DNA of 64,000 bases. It comes from Narcine bancroftii (Eukaryota). Shown here piece by piece: positions 23,431 to 36,900 of the stretch; positions within the stretch are counted from its first letter, which is position 1, and each line of letters begins with the position of its first letter. The DNA lies in contig NC_091477.1 in the NCBI RefSeq assembly GCF_036971445.1, positions 108,004,001-108,068,000 of the forward strand, read 5' to 3'. Both the position numbers and the translations under genes were made by a program. The notes beneath the pieces were generated by a model, which saw only the letters and a list, made by a program, of their open reading frames with translations, was not told where the DNA came from and made no database searches.

Positions 23431-24915
23431 TAATTTTTTTTTAATTAAAATAAAAACTATATTTATCAATATGACCATAATGCACTCACACAGGAGATTT
23501 ATCTGCACCCAAAGAGTTTTTAATTACTGTAGTTCAACATTAATAATATTGTAGTTTGGGCGTGCATTTGACATCATATTACTTCATGATGGGCTTATTA
23601 AATTTCCTTTAATATTGCAGTTTTGTTTGTGACTGGTCTGGCACCAATTTTGGATCGCATGGCATAGCAAGAGACAAGCTAGCACAGTCCTATTTGTACT
23701 GCAAGTCTTAAGAGATGGCTGAGAATGACACTGTCCTATCCAGCTGACAGCTTTTATGCTTTGATTAAGTGGGCAATAACTGCTCGACAGGCTTACTTAC
23801 CCTGGCAGCAAAATCTTTTCTACATTGTAGCAGCAACAGATCATAAAGTCTGCATTGAATAGAAGCAGCAGACCTCCACTTTTGATTTTCCAACTTGAGC
23901 GCAAATTTGGAGTAGCAAGAAATCAAAAAGTATGCAATATTAAAGACACCATTCTGGAAACAAATCAACGCAAGGACACAAGTGTAGAGTGTGGAAATTA
24001 GCTGCTTAAAATGTCAGCACTCCTTAAGAGCACAAAAGAAACGGATGAATTTTTGTACCGAGGTCAATATTGAAGAACAGAATCAAAGGTTGGGTGATCC
24101 TAGCATTCCTGGTGAACATAAAGGACTCTGCAAAGAGAAATCAGTGACTACCTTTCATAATTCCTTGCTGCACTGCTTATTTGATTGTGCATCAGTTCAG
24201 TCTTTTAGAAGCAGTGCCATTAGCCACATCAGTTTTCTGCTGTCTAATTTGAAATGCAACAGTTTTATGGAGAACTTTTTGCCCACCCAGCAATTTATTG
24301 AGAGTGGCTTAAATTTACATCTCTATTTCTAAGTCAAATAACATGAAGATTCAGATGCTGTCCTACATCCTGTGACATGGTGAGCTAAATTCGGAGGTAT
24401 CTCACTCAACAAAACTGAGGGTGGTAGCATCTAAAAATGCCTTGGAAGGTCTCATCATGCTGCACTTCCCCCCCCCCCCACCTCCACTTTCACGACCACC
24501 AACTCCATCTTGCTGGGGTCTTCCAAAAAGGCAGTTCAGGCAGCCACCGGCAGAGAGCACAAGAGCTGAATTATGCAACTAGGACCCCAGAGCAATTCTA
24601 GGATTGAATTGGAGAATGTATATGTGCTCCACTTGATATTAGCTGGGTTAAAGCAAAGACAATGCATAGATTTTGTTGATGTGAGGGGATCAAGAGCTTT
24701 GTAACACCAACATCAACTGCTCTTCTCTCCCAATCCCATCTTATTGCTGCTTCTCCCTCCAACCTCCCATCTCTCGCACACTCTGCCCACTGTGCTAGAT
24801 GAATGTTCATTCTGTAGAAACTGCAGTGTCACAAAATTTGCAATTAGAGACTCTATTAATTAATTATGAACATAAGAAATCATGAAAATAAAATCCTTAT
24901 TCATTCTTTTCATAC

Positions 24916-25107
24916 CTTTTTCTGAACGTTTTCTAATCTGTCAACGACGAACTTGTATCCATGTTTTTGATCCTTGTTGATGTAATCAATGGCCTTTTCT
25001 GCCAATGTTAGAGCTTCTTGATCAGTACATGGCACTGCTATATAATTTGCTACAACCCAAGCTGTGAACAACTCCAAACAAAATGCAAATGCAAGAAGTG
25101 ACTTCAT
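24916..25107 (-). CDS. AHSG: Fetuin-A/AHSG-like coding exon 1: MKSLLAFAFCLELFTAWVVANYIAVPCTDQEALTLAEKAIDYINKDQKHGYKFVVDRLENVQKK
   Basis: ATG at 25107, signal peptide, AIDYIN...GYK motif, AAG|GTATGA donor; 192 nt. The seven exons join in frame to give 372 aa. Confidence 0.94.
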
Positions 25108-25182
25108 TCTCCTTACAAAACTGCAACCTTACTGTGTGGACACAGAGCTAATAGAACTGGCAGTGACAACTCATGAGGACTG

Positions 25183-25248
25183 ATTGCATTAAATACTCTG
25201 GATTTGGGAAGAAATCAATGAAAATCTCACATGACTAAAAAATAAACA
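25183..25248 (-). promoter_or_regulatory. Candidate liver-type proximal promoter of the AHSG-like gene
   Basis: TATA-like TATTTAA (25189-25195) about 85 nt upstream of the ATG, ONECUT/HNF6-like AAATCAAT (25212-25219), FOXA-like TGTTTATT (25241-25248). These are motif matches only. Confidence 0.4.
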
Positions 25249-26098
25249 ATTTTAAAAACTAGGACTGGGTATCTTAGCTGGAATCAAATGATAAAATAAA
25301 GGCTGGCCTCAGTAAAGGAAATTTACAGTCTCACAGAGTGTATACTGGTTCATCCATTCATTAGCTCAAACAAAACATTTTTTTAAAATGAGAAATCATC
25401 ATGCAAAATTAACTCATGTTCATTGTTGCTTCTTTTGATGTTCAGTAGCTCCTCATTTGTAAAAATAACTTGCCTCCACTCCAATCCTGAAGTCATTAGA
25501 AAGATTATGTCAGATCTGTAGACTCTGCTAGAGGTGGGGTGGTTGTGCTAGTCAGGGTGGGTTACCTAAGCCAGCATTAACCTTAATGTTGATCAGCTGG
25601 ATGGAAGGTTAGCTCAAGCAAAAGCTAATCTGTATCCCTGGGAAGTTATTCTGACTTGGAAAGCACAGTAGCCATCACAGTAAACTTCTCTCTGCAGCTC
25701 TCAGAAGTCAGAGAGAAGGTGTGAACTCACAGAAGTTATTCAGGAATTTGGCCTCAAGGATCTGGTTGGAATACTGCACACAATTTTTTGTAAGCTCATG
25801 CAAGTGATCACATACCTCAATTCAGCACAAGCCCTATCACTCACCGATCATCAAGATTCCCATTAATTAAGACACAGACCTAGTATTTATTTGCTCTTTT
25901 AAATGACCAAATCCAAGATATAAACAGATATAAATATATTCAGCTTTGCTCCTGACATGCATCTCATACAGAAACTGATCACTCAACCTAACCTGTCCTG
26001 TTAAAGTATGCATGATTTTAAAGTACACAAGTGGAAATGCCTTGATAAAGGATTCAAGCCCAAAACGTCAGTTATGTATTTTTACCTTTGCTATATTT

Positions 26099-27289
26099 CT
26101 TTTTAATTTTTTTATTTTTCACACTATGAACCATACTGACCAAAATACACACAAATATTTCCCTCTTGAATATACACAGTGTCATTTTCTTCCCTCTTCC
26201 CCCACCTTCCTTCACCCCCCCTCCACCCACTCAATGTTCAACATATATGATACATTAAACTCATTAAACAATGTCATCACACAATGAAAATAAAACAAGA
26301 AATTTGCATCATCTGCTTTTACATACTGGGTCAGTTCATTTCGTCTTCTTCTCCTTCTGTCATTTTAGGTGGTGGAGGTCCGTGGTAGGACTTCTCTGTT
26401 GTGTTCCTTGTATGGTTCCCAAATTTGTTTGAATACTGTGATGTTATTTCTTAAATTATATGTTATTTTTTTTCCAATGGAATACATTTATTCTTTTCTA
26501 TGTACCATTGCTGTATTCTCAGACTATCTTCTAATTTCCAGGTTGACATAATACATTTTTTTGCTACAGCTAAGGCCATCATAATAAATCTTTTTTGTGC
26601 TCCATCCAAATCGATTCCAAGTTCTTTACTTCTTATATTACTTAGAAGAAAGATCTCTGGATTTTTTGGTATGTTGCTTTTTGTGATTTTATTTAATATC
26701 TGATTTAGATCTTCCCAAAACTTTTCCACTTTCTCACATGCCCAAATTGCATGTACTGTTGTTCCAGTTTCCTTCTTACAGCGAAAACATCTGTCTGATA
26801 CTGTTGGGTCCCATTTATTTAACTTTTGGGGCGTGGTGTATAGCCTGTGTAACCAATTAATCAACTAATCCCTTTCACAATAGATAATGGGAGAGAAAAG
26901 GGATCAAAAGAATAGAAAATTGTTTTTCGGGAAATAAATTATTATCTTTTGAACAAATGAAGTACAAATATGGTATAACTCATGGTACAATGTTTGCATA
27001 CCACCAACTGAAAACATACTTGAAGGACAAATTGGGAAGCAGGCTGAGGCTACCAGAAAGAAGCAATTTTGAATATGTGATTACAGACACAATGATAATT
27101 AAAAGATTTATAACAAACATGTACATCAAACTGCAAGAGAAAGAGAACGAGGAAACAAGATGTAAACCTAAACAAAAATGGGAACAAGATCTAAACATAA
27201 AGATAAAGAATGAAACATGGGAAAAACTATGCTCCGGAACTATGAGAAATACAATAAACACAAGGTTACGCATGATACAATATAATTGG
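26099..27289. mobile_element. L1-clade LINE insertion with a 5' inversion (twin priming)
   Basis: 3' part on the minus strand (26099 to ~26859), upstream part on the plus strand (~26860-27289). 17-bp TSD TTACCTTTGCTATATTT (26082-26098 and 27290-27306). Confidence 0.92.
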
Positions 27290-29734
27290 TTACCTTTGCT
27301 ATATTTAAAACACACTGTTTGACTTTCTGAGTTTCTCCAGCATTGTGTTTTCACTTTAACCAGTGTCTACAGATTTCCGTGTTTTACTGCAAGTGCTCTT
27401 TCGTTGTACCCGTTATTAGCTATGGTCAACCACTTTAAATTGTAACCATGGGGAGCACTTTCTGCTGCTGAATGATAGTTAAAAATCGGCAAAGATAAAG
27501 AAGAAGTAGATGGGGTATTAAGTTCCAATAGAACGTGATTGGAGTCAAATAAGTATTAGATTATAGATGATGAGATGAGTAATCATGGTGTACCCAGTCC
27601 GTGTATTTTAGCAGGCTTTCACTGCTGGCTCATTTACATTCGCAATAACCTAGAGCAATTTCTTCTACTCGTGAACATGCGGCAGTTTCAAGCTTTGAAC
27701 ACATTCAGCGAGCCCATAGGAAGTTGTTAATGATCCCCATTTCTTGTACACAACTTTCTTGGATATTCTTAATTTCCTTTATGAATTCTTTTCTTTTTGT
27801 CAGAGTGATTTTTAAAAACGCCATCTTAACATCACCCCATTTTTTTTCCCACCTGTAGTTCTCTACGTTGGGTTTATCTGTGATCACTTCCTCGATTTGG
27901 CCAATTGCTACTCTTGAGGTTGACGATCACAAGGTGATAGACAACCCAAAAAAAAATGACATATTTGAGAAATAAATTGTATGGACTCAGAACATTGTCT
28001 CAGGAAACTTGGTGAGTGAAGTGGCCATGAACACTGCTATGTCAATATGTTCAGAGGCAAAATAGTTTGAAAATATCCAAAAACAAAATGTTTTCAGAAA
28101 GCCTGCACACTTTAGCTTCATAATGTATTTTATTTGAGGCAGACTTGGTAGTGATAATATTTGAGACAAGCAGACGGAAATTCTATATTAATATTAGTGT
28201 AATATTTCCATCAAAAATGCAACCTTGTTAGTGAGTAAAGGAAGCCTGTCCCAAGATGTCTGTGCTTATGACACACAGTGACATCAAATGGATATACACA
28301 AGATCAGGGACAATGCAGTCTATTCACATGAAAAAAAAAGCCTTAATTAAAGGCTTCAACATTATTTGAAGAGAATCTGATCTTAAACTGTTTCTATGTC
28401 AAGAGATTCCAAGTGCTTCTTTTTCTCAGAGATCTCTCCCAGTTCCACCCTCTTCTGATAATCCAACAGATCACTCCAGATGAGTCCTTGGCCAATTACC
28501 AATGTGGCCACCAAACTGTCTGTGCACCTGACTATATCCTCCACTACCTATCCAAATGATTAGCTGTTCTGCCAGACCCTGACCCCCGATAACCTATCTA
28601 ACCAAGACCCCAAACCTAGCTCCAAAGTTCTCATCAATTCTCTATCAATTCCTAGTCAGTTCCCCATCTTCCAATCTTCTCAGGATGACCAACTGCATAT
28701 TTGGTCCCTATTGTCATGCTCACCTCACTAATCATGCTTAGATCCCAACCCCATCTTTACCACCCATTAAGCTTTCTTTCATTCAAATCAGTCCAAACCT
28801 TAATAATAATCTGCACAACAGGATGGGTATCCTGTGCAATAAGATTTCAAAGCCTTTCCTTTTACATTTTTCCTTTTATCTTAAAACAGATAAGGCTCTA
28901 CTTCTCCATTGTACCTCTTCAGCATCTCCATTGGTCATATCTCCCTCTGTGAGACAGAGGCTACTATTCAGGAATATTTCAGGCAAGCAATGAATGCAGC
29001 AAAGGGAACCTCAAGAAACAGAAGAGGATACAGGCCATTTTGCCTTAAAGCCTGCTCTCACATTCAACATAATCATGAATGACCAATCAATGTGCTTTTC
29101 TCAGTCTCTCCCCATACTCTTTATAGGTTTCCTGTTTAAAACAACTATCATTCCCTTTCCTAATATAATAAATGACCCAGCCTCATGTGGTACAGAATTT
29201 TACAGAGATCAATAAGCTCTGCATGAGGACATTTCTCTTCATTTCAAACCTTAATGTCTTATGCCATATCCTCAGATTGGGAAATCAGGTCATAGAAAAT
29301 ATCTTTCCTGTATTCATCTTGTTCAGTCCTGTCAAAGTTGTGTACACTTCAGTGAGATTTCCTTTCACTCTTCTAAATTTTTGTTGATACATGTCTAGTG
29401 AACCCATTCTCTCTTTATATGCCTCTTTTCAAAAATGTTTAAATTTAAATTTAATTTTTTAAAAAAATTTAGACATAACGCACAGTAACAGGCCCTTTCG
29501 GTCCACAGGCCCTGCCACCCAATTACACCCAATTGATCTACAACCCACATTTTGAAGAGTTGGAGGAAACAGCGTGAGATTCAACCCGCTGGCACTGTAA
29601 CAGCGTTGCACTAATCACTATTCTAACCATGCTGATCTGGAGCATAAAGACTGAATGAAGACAATAAAAGTTGTTAAAATTATGATTCACAAGAATGGGG
29701 TAGAAAATGTTTTCCCCAGTATAAAATTGTCATA

Positions 29735-30740
29735 TCAAGTTCAAGTTTATTTGTCATCTGATTGTACCAGTACAACATGATAAAACACCTCTCTCCTGTC
29801 CATGATGTAGAACAGTGCAAACACACAAACTGATAAGCAATACATATACACAGTACATATGTACATATATTAAAATAAATATTATTAATTAATAGTGGAG
29901 TCACAAAGTGTTAATTTAGCAGTCTCACTGCCTGTATGAATAAGCTGTTCCTCAACCTGGTGGTTCTGGCTCTAATACTTCTATAACTTCGAGTAATTTC
30001 GATGGGTAACTGGAAAATGCTGTACAATGTGCTGTGGTAGGGATCCTCCCTAATTTTGCAAGCCCTCTTAAAATTACAATCCCATTAAATCACATCGATG
30101 GGAGGGGCAGGGAAGGGAGGCCCCAGTGATCCTCTCTGCCACTTTTATGGTCCTGTTGATTGACCTCCGATCTGATGTTCTGCAGCAACTGTACCATACT
30201 GTGATGCAGCCAGCCAGAAAGCTCTCAATAGAGTTCCTGTAGAAAGTTGACAGAATGGTGATCAGAAGCCCAACCTTCTAAGGAAGTGCAGTCGCACCTT
30301 ACTAATGAGTGAGAAGATGTGTGTCCTGAATAGGTCACTTCTTAAGTGGATTCCGAGGAAATTGGTGCTCACCACTACCAAGATAATAATGTTTAGTGGA
30401 AGGTGGACATTCCTGGTCCATCTGAAATCCACAATCATCTTTTTGTCTTGTCCATATTGAGACTTAGGTTGTTATTCTTGCGTAATTTCATGAGATTTTC
30501 CACCTCTTTTGTTTCGCAATTCATTGTTGCTCAACTACCTTCATGTCTTCTACAAACAATCACTCTGCTGGAGATGGATCTGATGTCACATTCATGGGTC
30601 AGTAGCAGAACAGGAGCGGAATGAGCAAACAACCCTGAGGTGTGCCAGCTCTCAGCGTGATGGTGCTCAAGATTTCCCTGTCCACCCAGACAGACTGTGG
30701 CCTTTTTGTTAGGAAGTTCAGAATCGAGTCATTGGGAGGG
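29735..30740 (-). mobile_element. Rex1/Babar-type LINE fragment
   Basis: Homologous to 55935-58050 (ctatagaaagttgacagaatggtg; gtccacattgagact). Boundaries approximate. Confidence 0.65.
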
Positions 30741-31061
30741 GTGTTGTGTAAACTACCAAATACCAGAGGTTAGGCATCTAAAGTGAGAGGGGGAAAAGTT
30801 TAAAAGAGATGTATGGAGTGTTCCGTTTCCCCTCCCCACCCACCCACAGAGCAGTAGGTGCCCATAATAGGCTTCCAGGGATAGGTGGGTACAAATTGAT
30901 ACAATAGCAATATTTAAGAGACTGTTAATTAGACATGTGAATATGCAGGGAATAGAGGGATATGGATCTTTTGCAGGTAGTAGAGATTTCATTTAATTTA
31001 ATTTGAGACAATCATGATAAAGGACCTGTTTCTGTGTTATTCTATTCTATTTTCTATGCAC

Positions 31062-31983
31062 TGTTACGAGCCAAGGACCCATAAACCCAGCAGCAATAGA
31101 TATTCACCAAGACAAATGGTTACTTAAACAAAAGTTGCTTTTAATTATCTTTAAACATTAAAACAGAATCACACTTTAACCTAACTTTACCCCCTTCTAA
31201 TTCTCAGTGCACGTGTATATAATGTGTGCAAGTTCAGAAAACTTCTTTGCTTCACAGTCCAATCTCACTTCTTATTCCTCCAAGTTCATTGGTTGCAGGT
31301 CATTCTTAAACTATGCACAGAATTTAACATTTATAAAGTTCACCAGGCTTTGGTGCTTGAAAAGTAAATGGTTACCGCTCAGGAAGGTTCTTGTCAGTTT
31401 TCAGAGAGAGGTTTATTGTTCCTTTTTAATCAGCCACTTCAGAGTCTTGCTGACAAAACTTGCCCCTTCAGGGTTCTCCAGATGATAACCACTTTTTTTC
31501 AGGTCACCACAGAGTTCCTTTTTGTTTCCCTTATTCCAAGTGAAACATTAGACACCCACTCCTCTCCTCTTGCATGAACCACAAGGGCTTTGATTAGGCT
31601 GTCTTCCAAAATGGACTTTCCTGTTCCTGTCCCAGCTACTTCTGCTGGCTGTAACACTGTAGAAATGATCTCGGTCTCTCACCGAGATAAAGCCTATTTG
31701 ACTCTCTCTGCCTGCAAAACCACATGACCCTCTTAGAACAACAAGTTCTTTTAGACAATCTGTGGCTCCAACAAGATCTTTCATCTGTTGCCTTTTGTAA
31801 ACAACAATCCATTCATGAAGTTTCTTGAGCACTCTTCAAAGCTCTTGCAAAAGCTGTGGAGCCAACATGGGGCAGAGCTTCAGCATTTCAAATAAGATCG
31901 GTTTTAAAATGTTTGTATGTAACCTACTCTAACAAACATTTCCCAATTTATCTCCCAAAAACGTATCCATATACTCTGTCACA
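31062..31983. mobile_element. Probable long solo LTR (~920 bp)
   Basis: TGTTAC...TGTCACA inverted termini and non-coding content. No TSD found. Confidence 0.5.
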
Positions 31984-32044
31984 CCTCTTACAACTGATGT
32001 ATCATGCTTACTTGGAAGTCCGACTCCTCTCTACTTACAGCACA

Positions 32045-32380
32045 ATGGACTATGGAAAAAAAAAAACACATTAAAGAATAAATATGACACTTTTGTAAAG
32101 GTCTGTCTGCCATACCTGGACCACATAGGGGCCCAGATACAGTAATAAAAAGGAACAAAAAAAAGGTATAAAAGTAACTATTATACATACAAAATTGTTG
32201 TTTCCCAACTAAAATATATGCAAGGTCTGACAGTGAACGGATGTGTATGTAGGAAGAGGGGGGGGGGGGGGGGGCTTTTGTTTTTGTTTGTTGTGTTTGT
32301 GAGAAAAAGTTTAATATATTGTATATTTAAAATGTTACCATGTATAATTTTTTTTTAAAAAGCAAAAAAAATTCAAAAAA
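32045..32380 (+). mobile_element. Old L1 3' end
   Basis: KNKYDTFVKV.LPYLDHIG-like ORF2 terminus, G-tract and A-rich tail. Confidence 0.55.
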
Positions 32381-34977
32381 CCTCATGATAACCAACATGT
32401 CATTTATCTTCTTAATTGCTTGTTGCACCTGTGGATTTTCTTTCAATTACCATAGTGCAAAGTCACCCAGAACTCTTTGTACATCAACATGGCCCAATCT
32501 ATTAACCATTTAAATAAACTTTTCCTTTGTGATTTTCCCACCAAAGAGGATAACTTCACAATTATTCTTGCTGAACTCCATCTGCTAATTACTTTCTAAC
32601 TCACTTAATGTCAAAATTACCGTAACCGCCTATTCATAGTCACAATTCATAGTCCCACCCAGTTTTGCATTGTTGGCGAATTTAGAAATATTACAATTCC
32701 CCATCCATTGAAACTTCAAGAATTAGACGTCAAAGATCTTGTGGATTACAGATTGTGTGGGGAACATATTTGAAGAATTACAATACGATAAAGCCTCAGT
32801 CAGACCAAGGTTAATAAACTTAGATGTGCAATTGTGTTTCATGTGACAATCTCCCAGAAACATTAATGAGGTTAGTCAATCAATGGTTTTGTTTTTTTAA
32901 ACAGCTATTTGTCAGAGGTTAAACCTTGAACATAATAATAATTTACAGGTAGCATAGTTAGTTTTTGGTTGACTCAACTCATTTACAGTGCCATCGACCC
33001 CATGGGGTCATGGACCTGTTATCATGCTGTATCTCTAAATCAAAAATTTTAAATATTATAATTTTTATCTTATATATTTAATTTTATTCCTGCTCAACAA
33101 AAGTGCCATTGGATCATTGTTATCCAGCTGAGAGGAAGATGTAGCCTTCACAAAACATCCCATTCAAATTGTTTTGACTTAGACATGTTTCAGTAGAGTC
33201 ATTATGTGATCTTATCAGTTTAGGCCTATGCATCTATGCCATCATATCTGAGGCATTGGCTGCTCTTGATTACCCATTGAACATTTTTTTCCCCACAATG
33301 AGAATGTGTAAGAGATAATCCAGTGAGTTCAGAAATATAAACATTAAAAGAAATTGCTGATGCCGGAAATCTGAAAACAGAAAATGTTACCCCCACACAC
33401 TCAGCAGATCAGGCATCATTTTAGAAAAGGAGAGTTTACATTTCAGATGCAAGATTCTTTGTGGAACTAGGAAAGAGACAAAAATTGTAATTTTAAGTTT
33501 CATGGTAAGTGGGAGGACAAAGCAAAGTGAATATTTGTGATCGGGTGAGTCTGGGTGAAGTGAATAGTGGGTATTTAGAGATTATTAATTTTGATGTGAG
33601 GCCCTTGCCCAGTTATGCTGTATTAATGGAGACAAAAAAACTGAGTTGACTGTTGTGTGAGGAAACAAGTTTGGTAGGTCTCAAAGGCAAGGACTCTGAA
33701 CACAGTTTTGATGGGGAAAGTATTTTATTTACAGAAGGCAAGAGTAGAAAATGGTAACTGATGCAGCACACACACATGCACAGTTTACAGCAGCCGTGGG
33801 AAAGAAATAGTTGACAATTAATAACAAATGTGGGGAAAATAGCAGGGGAACAAAATATACACACAATGAACTGGTACTTCTAATGATCAAGGAAAAATCA
33901 CTACGATGTCCCACCACCCCTCGACTCAGAGCAGGCCCAGCTCTATGCTACAATGGATACTAATTAAAAACTCCCAACCCTTTTAACAGTGCACATCTTA
34001 CCAACAGTTTCTCCAGCACTCTTCCACATTTCTAGGCCTGGAGTGAAGTAGGGTGGTCCCAAGTTGGCAAAGAGAGAACAAAGAGCTGCTGGAGGGTCTA
34101 GCCCAGATCATTCATCATTTACAGGGGTCCAATGGCTTGGAGCCAGGAGGGTTAGTCCAACAGCCAATGGCCCAAGTACAGGCAGGCTGGAGAGTGCAGA
34201 CCATGGGGCCAACAGCAAGGTATGCTGTAATGGGTGGGATGGAACCAAACCTTGATTGGCAGTTGGTGTGTCCTCCAACGAGATGGGGGAGAGCAGAGCT
34301 GTCACATGACAGCCACAACCCTTCCCAATACATTGAGTGACAGCAGAACTGACCAATTCTGAAAAACATAGGCAAAAGTTAGCTAAAAGTGGTGAATATA
34401 ATGAATCTGGAGTGCTGCATGTGCCTAGATAGAAAATGGGCTGGTGTTCTTCAAACTTGCACTGGGCCTGTTTGTAAAAGTGCAGAGCTTGTAATAGAGC
34501 TCCAATAGAAAGTTGACAGGATGGTGACCAATAGCCTTGCCCACTTCAGTCCTCTCAGGAAATGCAGTCACTGTTGTGTGTTCATCATATTTCACTAGTT
34601 AAGTGAACTCCAAGGAACTTGGTGCTTTCTACTCTCTTCACTACAAAGTTCTTGATTTCTAGTGGAGGGTATTCGTCCCTAGTCCTCTTGAAGTCTACAT
34701 TTATCTCCTTTGTTTTGTCCACATTGAGACTCAGGTTGTTATTCTTGCATCATAACACAATATTTTCCTCCTTTTCTCTGTAGTGTGACTCATCCATGTT
34801 GCTGGTTGGTCCAGAAACAAAGCCGAAGGGATTTTGGGTAAGTCAAGTGGGTAAGTAAGAAGCAGCTATGTCATAAAACTTAAATGGCCTATTTTAACAC
34901 TGCTTCAGGTGAGGCAGCAATACCATGAAAACATGGTTGTTTCAGGCGTGATCACTGATAACTGCCTGTTAAATCAC

Positions 34978-35075
34978 TGTGACCTAATATCATGTGACAT
35001 GTGACCTAATATCATGTGACATGTGACCTATTATCATGTGCCATGTGACCTAATATCATGTGACATGTGACCTAA
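34978..35075. repeat. 22-bp tandem repeat, about 4.5 copies
   Basis: Unit TGTGACCTAATATCATGTGACA. Confidence 0.95.
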
Positions 35076-35739
35076 GGAGTATGGCAAAAGTTAATTTACC
35101 TCATCCATGAAGATTGGCTTAAGGATTATGGTGATGCCAAGCGATTCTTTGCAATTAACTTTGCCCAGAAAAATTTCTGGAGAACCACAGTCTGGATGAA
35201 AAGTTGTGACAATCTTGCTCAATTTCTGAAGTAAGTAATTTTCAGACATTAAACCACTAAAAAGGTGCACAGCCCAACCAAAATGGCTGGGCTATTATTT
35301 GAAATTCTTTCCTGTCTCGTTGGCAGAAGATTAACCTGTTTAAAATATTGCTTGAAAGTAAACTTTCAATAAATAGCTGATAGACAATTTCAAGCAAATG
35401 AATAAGCATTCATATTTACATATCTCACCATGTACCTTTAAACAGCGGAAACTTCCATTACTTTGGCTTAGATATAGCTGGTAATAGAGGAATCTTTTAT
35501 CTACAATGTCTAGCCTTTACATAGAACTAGGTGAATGAACAGAGTTTCATGTAAATGTGCTATTTGATGGTTATATTTTAACTCAACAATCAACTTTGCA
35601 GATCAAGTACACACAGCAGTTCACTTACAAAAATGTGGTAATTTTGCAAATGATTAAGATTTCATAAAGAGTGACAATAATGACACGAAGACTGTAGCCC
35701 TTCATGAATTGATTGTTGAAGTAGGAAGTGTTGTTGAAC

Positions 35740-36900
35740 AGGAAGGCCTTGGGCTACAAATACATAGTTCTCTGAAAGTGTTAACATAGGTAGACAGGGT
35801 GGTGAAGAAGAATATAGCTTGCTTGCCTTCATCTATAGAGGCTTTGAGTACAAGAGTTGAGAAATTGTGTTACTGTTCAAAACTTTGGTTACACTACATG
35901 TGGATTATTGTGTGTAGTTCTGGTTCTTCACACTACAGGAAGATTTGATTAAGCAAGGGAAGGTGCAAAAAAGATTCATAAGGATATTACCTGGATTGGA
36001 GGGCTTGAGCTAAAAGTTCTGGTTGCCTCATTAAAGGGAGAATGTGGAAGCTATGAAGAGGGTGCAGAAGGGGCTTATCAAGATTTTGCCTGGATTGGAG
36101 AATGTGACTCGTGAGGCAATGTTAACAAAACTAGGGTTTTTTTTACTTTGGAGTGAAGCAGGATGAGAGGGGACTTAATAGAGGTATATAAGATTATGAA
36201 AGGCATAGATAGGGTGGAGAAGCAGCACCTTTTTCCTGGGGAGAGAGCAGCACAAGGTAGTTTAGGAGAGATGCCAAGGGTAAGTTTTTTTACACAGAGC
36301 AGTGAGTGCTAGAATGCATTGCCGGGGTGGTGGTGGAAGCTGGTACAATAAAGACATTTAAAAGACTCTTAGACAGTTGCATGGATGCAGGAAAAATAGA
36401 GGATATGGGTGTGAGGTAGCGAAGGTTCAGTTTGTTGAGTAGATTTATTTTCATCGGCACAACGTCGAGGGGAAAATGACCAGTCCTGTGCTGTAATGTT
36501 CCTTATTTTATGAGAGATTGGGTAAGATTGATATGTTTTCCCTGGAGCATGAAGGCCGAGAGGTGACATGACAAAGCTAAAATTATGAGAGGCATAGATA
36601 CTGTAGATAGTCAAAGTTTACTTTCTAGGGAATGTTTAAAAGTACAGGATAGGTTTGAAGTGAGAGGAGAGAATTACAGGGCATCTGATGGGTAATTGTT
36701 TCACTTAAAGAGTAGTTGGTATTGAGAATGAGCTGCCAGAGGAGATGATGGAAGCATAAAAGGGGTAATAGCATTTAAGAAGCATCTGAACAGGTAATTG
36801 ATTGAGGAAAGAACTGAGGGGTATGGAATAAATGGGATTAGTATTGATAGGACTGATGGCATTGATGCAATGGACCAAGCAACCTTTTGTTATGCTGTTG
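35740..36900 (+). mobile_element. Stacked CR1 LINE fragments
   Basis: Repeated degenerate VQKRF.R.LPGLE....RMRGDLIEVYKIMKGIDRV segments and CR1 3' tails. Confidence 0.7.

Noticed and set aside
23795-23870. Strong minus-strand donor (AGG|GTAAGT) in AHSG-like intron 1
   Set aside because: The putative exon is short (about 49 nt), would shift the frame, and has no family similarity. Exons 1 and 2 already join in frame.
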